Shown here piece after piece: positions 32,301 through 39,931 of a stretch of 39,931 nucleotides of DNA. This DNA is from Folioceros fuciformis (Eukaryota): assembly GCA_049999805.1 (NCBI GenBank), contig JBNGIO010002643.1, forward strand, positions 1 through 39,931. The letters are read 5' to 3'. The notes under the pieces were generated by a model. That model searched no databases and had not been told where the DNA came from. It saw only the letters and a program-made list of their open reading frames with translations. The translations under genes and the position numbers were made by a program. Position 1 is the first letter of the stretch; every line of letters begins with the position of its first letter.

Positions 32301-35300
32301 CTCGCCCCTCGTCTGAACTGTAGATCTTCAAATCATGCCTGTAAGTGCTATGCAGCCTGAGCAAACCTGTCCCTTCCCCTGCAGATACAGTTTTTACATG
32401 ACTAAGGTAGACAGCGTTAAGTAGCATACATGGGCAAGGATTCAACTTCTTGAAGCATAAACCCCACACCTGGATACATGATATTCCTGAAGGAGCGCCC
32501 TAGCTCCTCGGCCTGCATGGTCAGAGAATCACAGCATCATTACAAGTATGGCAGAGAAATAGATCAGATTCACTACCATTCAACACTGCCAAGCGCTCAC
32601 CTGCTTCCGACCGGAGTGTGTAAGAACCCCACCATATTTGAGAACCATCAACGCTTCGGATGGCTTCTCCTTGTCAAATTCCTCATCATCCTCATCTGAT
32701 GATGATAAAGTTGTCCACTTTTGTGGCTTCAACTGAACCTTGCGATAAATGCCCGAAAAATGGCCTCCCTGGTTCAGACCCAACAATCACGCTGCAATTT
32801 TCTCCACAGAAATGAACAATGACCGAACAAGATGCAACGGCAATCACGCTGTATATCCACATAAATGAACCACAACCTAACAAGATGCAACATGTTCAAA
32901 TTCGAGCACATATTTGAAGAGCACGGAAGATTCACAATACCTCTTCCAGCACAGCTTTAACGTGTCGGAGTTTCTCTGCATGTTCCAAATCTTCAGCCTC
33001 ACTATCACTTTCCTTACCTGACCTGCAGTAAGTGAAACTCTCCATCAAAAACTTGCGAAACAATAAAAATCATTGATTATGTAGCTCGTCTATGGCTTTG
33101 AACCTTGCACGAGGTACTAGAGCGCGTGTTGCATCAAGCAGGTCCTGAAGCTGCACCGCACTCTTTAACTTGGCCTGCCGAAAGCAAAAGCACAGCAAAG
33201 GGTTTACAGGTGAGAGAGTGACAAAGAAAACGAATTTCCTCTGGAGTACCCAAACCCATCATGCACAGCACCCAATTACATATTGAAGAACGGAGGAAGA
33301 CCTCAGATCTTGGTCTATTGCTGTTATACTTGAGCATTAGGTCCAACAACCGGTCTTGCGTGACTTTCATTTTCACCTTCTGCTTTGGTGTACGGTCTCC
33401 ACTGCACTCATGAATGAAGGAGTCAGCGCTGCAGCATGAAGAGCGATAGAAAATAGAAGGAGGCCCTTACAAACACTTACTGACGGAGAACTGCAATGAC
33501 ACAACGAAGCTCTTCTGACTGTCCAAAAGTGCCTCCTGTTAAAATAGTGCTGCCCTGCCTAGAAATTTCTCCAGTCCTTTCTGGCTCAAGATGCCATGGC
33601 AGGATGGGAAGTGTGGAAGACAGATGAGGGGCCTTGGCTTCAAGAAACATAGTCCTGAGCACACATGCTGCATCATCGTAATACCTGCCACTCTCGGAAG
33701 TGAGGAATCGTTTGGCACTCCACACTTACGAAGACTTCTCAATTCTGTGTGCCATCTAAATACCCAGTATATTCAAATGGTGCACACGGCAAGCAGACAG
33801 AAAACGCAACTCACTTGTACGAATTCTTCACAAAGCTCCATCCATTCACGTCACAAACATAGGATCTCCCTTGAGACCGTAAAAGGTCGAAACCGCAGAC
33901 CTGAGTGGAAATAAAAATATCATCAGGTGCGAGTAGAATTCTCAAGGCCATCATGGTACTTGATGTACAGATCCCCAACAGATACTGCGAGGCTGAGGCG
34001 TGTGACTTTGGATCCTTGCCAAGCACAAATATGATGAACAAGTACGTGGTAACCATTGCTGGAAAACAGGACGAATGATCGTGCCAAGAAACGTGAAATA
34101 TAAGCTCACCGCTTGGCCAAATGCTACAACAACATCTCGAGCCATTTGCTTCTCTGCTGGTGTTAACAAGACTGGATACCTGACCTGTGCAAATACAATT
34201 CAATCCACATGACCGTTGTGACTGGAGACCTGCAGCAGCAACATACTGACAAAGTTGTCCATACCTCCTTGCCATCTGCACTTCTCATGACAACACCATC
34301 AACCACAGGGGACTTCCGTGCCTCAGCATGGGCATATTCTGGACCAACTGTGTAGACCTGCAAGCAACACGAGATGTTTCAATCAAAGTGCTCTCAACGC
34401 TAAATAGCTTTGAACAGGACCTCTGCAATCAGTTAGAGAGTTGTGACACGCATGATAAGATGGATGAATGTTGTTTATGTTATGACACATTCGAAGGCTA
34501 CCTTGACATCGGTACCTCCAGTAGTAAGAAACTCTTCATAAATATAGGACCCTCCTCTCCGTACTCTCCTTGTGTCAGGGTAAAACTCGCTTGAGCGTTC
34601 TACCACCTGTATTCACAGGAAGGAAAGGTAGCAGAGAGGGAAACAAGTACAAGTAAGAGCTGTTGTTCATGAACCCAGATAATGATCCAAGTCCCATGAT
34701 AACCGTCCTTGGCTCCCTTTTCTGTCGATCGGCAATAAGCTGTTAAAGTAAAACCTAACGAACCCGGATTGTCATTTGTGTGCCATTCAGCTTTGATTAT
34801 TCCTCCGGAAATCAATACTTACATGGCCACTGCGATCTTGTATCCAGTACTTGCTACCTTCCTCACTGGCTGTGAGGTTCATGCCACTTCATTTGCTAAT
34901 GGGGAATTACACATGGATAAGGCTGACACAGACTTCTCTGAACCACAATGTCTCACGGACTTTGAAGGCGAGATTCTGCAAGTTCAGATCTGCATTGGCT
35001 GTAGAAGTGTAAAAGTTAGGTCAGGTGGTGAGCCATGCGACTCATTTGTTGAGTACAATAAAGAGACCAAATGGATGACGGTTGGCTCAAACAGATCCGT
35101 GAGGCCAGATTTGTGACCTACAACTGAACAGAAATGCTCAGAGATTGTGAGCAGGCAATGTTGAGAACCATTTACCAGAGCAAATCACAGATTAGTTCAA
35201 ATGCTTCAAGGACACAGGAGTTGTGCACAAATTCTGTGACGATGCAGCATTGGGAACATAGAGAGTGATCACCGCAAGCACATCTGAATCACGACAAAGG

Positions 35301-37225
35301 CAACAGAGGCGATAATAAACAAAAGGAGCAACAGGTTTGGTGCTAATGCAAATATTCGTTCATGAAGATTTGGCACACACAAAACCTTCCAAATGTTGAG
35401 CCTGCTCAGGGTGAAAAGGAAGAAGACGAAGCTCATGACTTCTACAGGGGATCTACCCGTTGCTAACTAGTACCTTGACGTCTGTTCCTCCCGTGGGCAT
35501 GAATGCTTCATAGATGTAGGAGCCTCCCCTACGAACCCTTCGCAGTTGAGGATGGAATTCACTTGATCGATTCCCGACCTATACATCGCAGCATCAGTGC
35601 CACTTAACTGGATGCCGAGTCATGAGCTCAATGAGAGTAAAATGGGTTCCACACATACCTTACGGAAAAGCTCTTTCATCCCTCCTCCCGCTGAACTTGG
35701 GTAGTAAATCATCACACTGTGGTTGTCACCTACTCAAACAAAAGTCAAAGTTGAGATACAAAGTATAGCGGACACTTTTGAGCCTTTTCTTTGCGGAGGT
35801 CAAATGCGAAGAAGACGAAGATACCATCGACAGGCTTCTCAACAAAGGGCTTCATGATCCTTTTGCCGTGAACTTCAACATAATCTTCTTCCTCAACGAA
35901 GTAGTCAAGGTCCTGGTCCGGGTACTCTCTATTGACAAGGGCGTAGGTGGGAGTGGGGATCCCATACTCTTCCAGTCGCTACAACAGATGAGACATCCCC
36001 GGGATAAGTAATTCACGGCCCTCATCGCTATCGATTTCTTACATAACATGTTGCTCGTTACTCAGGAACCACATGAGGCGGATTACAGTTGAGAACATAC
36101 AGAGTAGACCTTCCTTCGATCGTGGAGAAGGTGTTGCGAGCCCAACTCATTCACCAAAAAGGGCCTGCGGTGACAGCGAACCAACAATGAGCACGAGGAC
36201 AGGGAGGCGAATTGCAAAACGCACTCAGTTCCCGTGGGCACCGAGACCGCTCTAACTGGGAAGACGAGAGCTCACTTTCTGAGTATCGCATACGCCTCGG
36301 CCTTCTCCAGAGGGTAGCCAGTCGAATAGAAAGCTATCAGACAGTCGCAGATTGGCCAGCTGTAGTGCAACCGTAAAGTGTTTCAACAATCACGATATCA
36401 GGAGTATCCAAATGCGCGCTGCACAACAAACATCGGGGAACAAACTGCGACAGCAAATGTATTTCGACTGGCTCAACATTTGAGCTGCGACTCATTGTAA
36501 AACTCGTATTTCAAGAATCATACGTACTTCTCGACAGGTTCCTCCAGAATGACTTTGTCTCCGAAAATAACCACCTGAAATAAATCCGTCAACACAAGCA
36601 GCACACATGAGCGACGAACTTTTGCCGCCACGCTCTCCACACAAAGTCAAGAATCGAAACCCCAGAGTCAGGAAGATTCCAGCAACATCAACCCGTCGCC
36701 GTGCATGCCACCGAGACAAGAAGAACTCCGCGGAGTACAAGAAAGCGTTAACGCGCTCATCACCGTACCTCGAATTCCCCAAAATCCTGAAGCCTCTTCA
36801 AAATCTCGGTCATAGGAGCTGATAGAGCCTGCAACACCAGAGGGAAGAGTCAAATTTCACAATAGCAGACACAACCCATCGCCTCCGCTCACCACCCCAC
36901 CAACGATTCTCACACGGCGCGTTCGAACATCATGCGACCCGACTCAACTCTTTCAGAACTCAAAATTAATCCCACCAACCACCAACTACTCTGACACCCC
37001 TTTAGTCACAAGAACACGAGGCTGGAGGTCCCACCCCACAAACGAGGACCCACAAAAATTCCCCCTCAATTCGTCCTCCGAACCGCACCACTCCCTCCGC
37101 TCGCTACTCACCTTCTTCTCCAGCACACAAACACCCACCACCACCTTGGACGGGTAGTAGGCCCCATCCCCGCCACCGAACACGCTTGCGGCAGTGGCGG
37201 CAACATTCTGTCCTCCGGTCCCCAT
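29329..37225 (-). CDS. VIH: Diphosphoinositol-pentakisphosphate kinase / inositol-pyrophosphate phosphatase (PPIP5K, VIP1/VIH family), many exons
   Basis: Kinase motifs [40 protein letters not shown] and VCGFDLLRS...[10 protein letters not shown]. The phosphatase RHGDRTPKQ is split by an intron, followed by [32 protein letters not shown] and C-terminal [12 protein letters not shown]. Confidence 0.95.
34502..34606 (-). other. PPIP5K kinase-domain exon, copy B (105 nt, phase 0): [35 protein letters not shown]
   Basis: cag| acceptor and |gta donor; open frame; paralogous to 35474-35578. Confidence 0.9.
35474..35578 (-). other. PPIP5K kinase-domain exon, copy A (105 nt, phase 0): [35 protein letters not shown]
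   Basis: tag| acceptor and |gta donor; open frame. Confidence 0.9.
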
Positions 37226-38382
37226 TCTGCAGCGGGGAAACGGCAATCGAAACAGGCGAGATCACTCCCTCCACGTGCAACACCACTGCATGCTCGAATA
37301 CCCCTGGCTTCCCCCAACATGTAGCTCCCGGAATTCTCCCATAGCGCCAGGAATTCCGCCCTCCAGGAACACAACCAACAAACACGCAGGGAGCGCAACC
37401 TGTGGGTGGTAACAGCGCGTGGCTTCGACTCTTGGCAGCCCGGAGGGAAACACTTTGATTTGTTCAGCCCAGGCCACGGCAGGCCAGGCCAAAATGGTCT
37501 AAAACCAGGCCAGACTGGGCCAACGCAAGGAAAAAAAAAACCGAGACACAGTCCAGCCGGCAGGGATGTCGCTTAATCACGGCTCACAACCTGCGCTTGA
37601 CCTAACTGATCCCAGTCTCATGACTCCCAGTGGTTGGTACGATCAACGATGCTGGGAATCTGGATTGGACGTTGTGTACTTGCCGGCACTGACATTCTCG
37701 TTGTCATGCACAAGGGCGAAGCCAAGAAAGGGTCGCCGAGCTGCCAGTCTGAAGTGAAAAAAAAAGCCACCCACAAACTTATCGGAATCTGGGAGCTGGA
37801 ATCTGAACCACGCGTGGATGGCCGCCGCGTGGACTGGGTGCACTGAATCTTCCCCGGGATCCATTCTGGCGAAACTTCATTTCGCCCCACCGGGCTGCTA
37901 TCCCGCCGACACGACCAGATGTTGCCCTGGGATTTCCTGACCTTGGAAACCAGGGGGCCCTACACTTCGTCACCACACTCGTTTTTAGCTTCTAGCATTT
38001 GGCATCGCATCAATGTCTTCACTCCCGGACCCGCCTACAGCTGCACAGCCTTCATGCGACTTGCCCCTGTTCACCACTGACGAGCCGCCGTCTATTCTTG
38101 TAACCATCTCCATCTCCAGCTTGTGTCGTCAGCCTCTCAGCTTTTTGATCTGGCTTGAGCTCACCGAGACTCGGGATACGCACACAGCGTGGATGGATGG
38201 ATGACTACAGCGGTTTCTCTCGATCCAAGTCATCGGGTATGCCACGATTCCAAGCACATTCCTAACACCACGCAGCTTCATTCAAATCTTGCGTTATCTC
38301 AGGCTGCTGACGCACTCCAGGTGTGTGGTACAGCGTGCTCTGAACACGTATATACATACAGAAGTGGACAAGACCAGCCTAT

Positions 38383-39253
38383 CTACCTGTCCACATAGCC
38401 GTCTTCCCTATCTTGTGCTTCCGAGACCTTGTTCGCTATACTGGTGGCCTTGTACCAGAGAAAGCCCTGCAGGAAAGACGAGCCCTTCCTTGAGCATCCC
38501 CTGCTTTTGAGCAGAAGCGTGCCAGGAAAGGAGAATACAGCATGCAATTGCTGCCCGCCTACGGCTCAGCTCAGTGAATGGGATTGCACACATACCGCAA
38601 CAGGAAGGCCGGTGATGGCGAAAAAGCCCAAGATCGGACCCCAGAACGGGCTGTCCGGTTGAACTACCCCGAAGATAGGATTGGAGTTGAAGTATTCGAA
38701 CACGGAACCCACCTGATGCCACCGGCATACACGCACAATCCAAATGTTTCCACATGAGCACGGAACTCGCAAATGTTCATGCTAATCCAGCTACATCCAA
38801 CAAAACCGAGAGTCCTGCACTTTTCTTGTCGTAGCATCGACAACAATATTCAATTCCAGCAGGCTTACTTACAGCGGCTATGGCGACGATGGCCGAAGCA
38901 AGCAGGTAGACGAAGAACGGCAGGTCCTGTCCCTCCTCCGCAACTGCAGCTGCTTTCTCCCCGCCAGCCCAGGGCGGCAGCACATCACTCCCGGGCTTGG
39001 CCCATTCCGGGACCTTCTCCCCCTCGCCCGAGCTCCCAACAGAGGATGAAGATTTGTTCACCGCATCCACGATCCAAGATGCGCGCCACCGGCTCCCAGC
39101 TGCTCCCCATTGCACTCCTCGACTTGCATTCCTCCTCAAAAACCAGGGATTGGCCGGGGAGGCTGCAGACGATGTAGACGGGGCATGGTGAGCCCCGATA
39201 GCTGCAGCAGCGGCAGTGGCAAGACACGAGCAGGAGGTAGCCGGGGTCCCCAT
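38383..39253 (-). CDS. Probable chloroplast-targeted membrane protein of unknown function; exons 39253-38873, 38712-38596, 38466-38383
   Basis: Ala/Ser-rich transit-like N-terminus, then PEWAKPGSDVLPPWA and LPFFVYLLASAIVAIAA|VGSVFEY...PILGFFAITGLPVA|GFLWYKA...EAQDREDGY. Introns are GT-AG and frame-consistent. Confidence 0.8.
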
Positions 39254-39931
39254 GGCTCAGATATCACAAGCCATGGCATGGCTGGAGGAGCACCATACTC
39301 ACAACCCTAACGGATAGCGTTTGCTTGCTTCCCATTGGCTTGGACGCTGCGCGCTAGGGTTTGAAGTTCTGGTTTGGAGTCCATCTTTCGTGTGGCGACA
39401 ACGAGGGCCCCGACGATGGTCGAGGCAGTCTCGAGGCTGTACGCTCAAGCTCATGGAAGAGTGGAGTACTCATCCGTGTCATGGCGAGACCAGTGAGGGT
39501 TGCCCCGACGTGTGATGCCCGGTTCTTCGGCGGAGACGGAAGGGATGAAAATCCGCCTGAGTGGAGGTCTGATTCGTCTGCCAGGAAAGCGTGGACGGCA
39601 CCAATTCACCCACTTCTCAACCACCGCCATCCTTGTAGTAGTATGTACGCTTACAAAGTTCCGCAGCCAGCTACTCTGAATCAAGAGCCGAAACGCCCGA
39701 CACCCGTAGCCCGCACGCAGGAGCTGGCGACGACGCCAGGAGGGTAGCCGGCTATGGCTCACGAGGTTATGCCATGAGGATGCGTCACGGGTCTGTAGCA
39801 ACGACACCCCAACATGCGGCCGGTCTGATCTCAAGCCAGCGGTCGGGGTCTGTACATCGCATTGCTTTGTTTAGCTTTGTGCCTACATGGTAGGGCAAAA
39901 AGGTGAGGAGCCAGGCCACCCGGCATTGGCT

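Noticed and set aside
39300-39931. Several 60-130-aa ORFs at the right end
   Set aside because: No motifs or splice support; likely promoter or intergenic sequence.

Overview
A gene-dense nuclear segment with short GT-AG introns from a land plant with a compact genome. The architecture suggests Selaginella or a hornwort, but this is inference only. In order, it carries: the 5' end of a secreted proline-rich gene, DDI1, an intronless DRG GTPase, a WBP2-like gene, a plant-specific unknown gene, an island at ~10.7-14.5 kb, a head-to-head pair of NIP aquaporins, a GDSL lipase, a small MITE-like foldback, an RbcS, a secreted alpha/beta-hydrolase-like gene, a small-HSP pseudogene, a multi-exon PPIP5K (VIH/VIP1) and a probable plastid membrane protein. 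The most striking observations are: (1) an intact Rubisco small subunit whose mature chain has no Cys or Met, with a SLIM1/EIL-type (UPE-box-like) element in its promoter, making it a candidate sulfur-sparing isoform; (2) a tandemly duplicated 105-nt kinase-domain exon in PPIP5K that looks mutually exclusive; (3) an island of two long inverted duplications built on a decayed divergent pair of coiled-coil genes, one with a HEPN-like motif, a candidate hairpin-RNA silencing locus; (4) NIPs with S-T-A-R and P-I-G-R selectivity filters. All exon calls, alignments and family assignments were made by eye without database searches.
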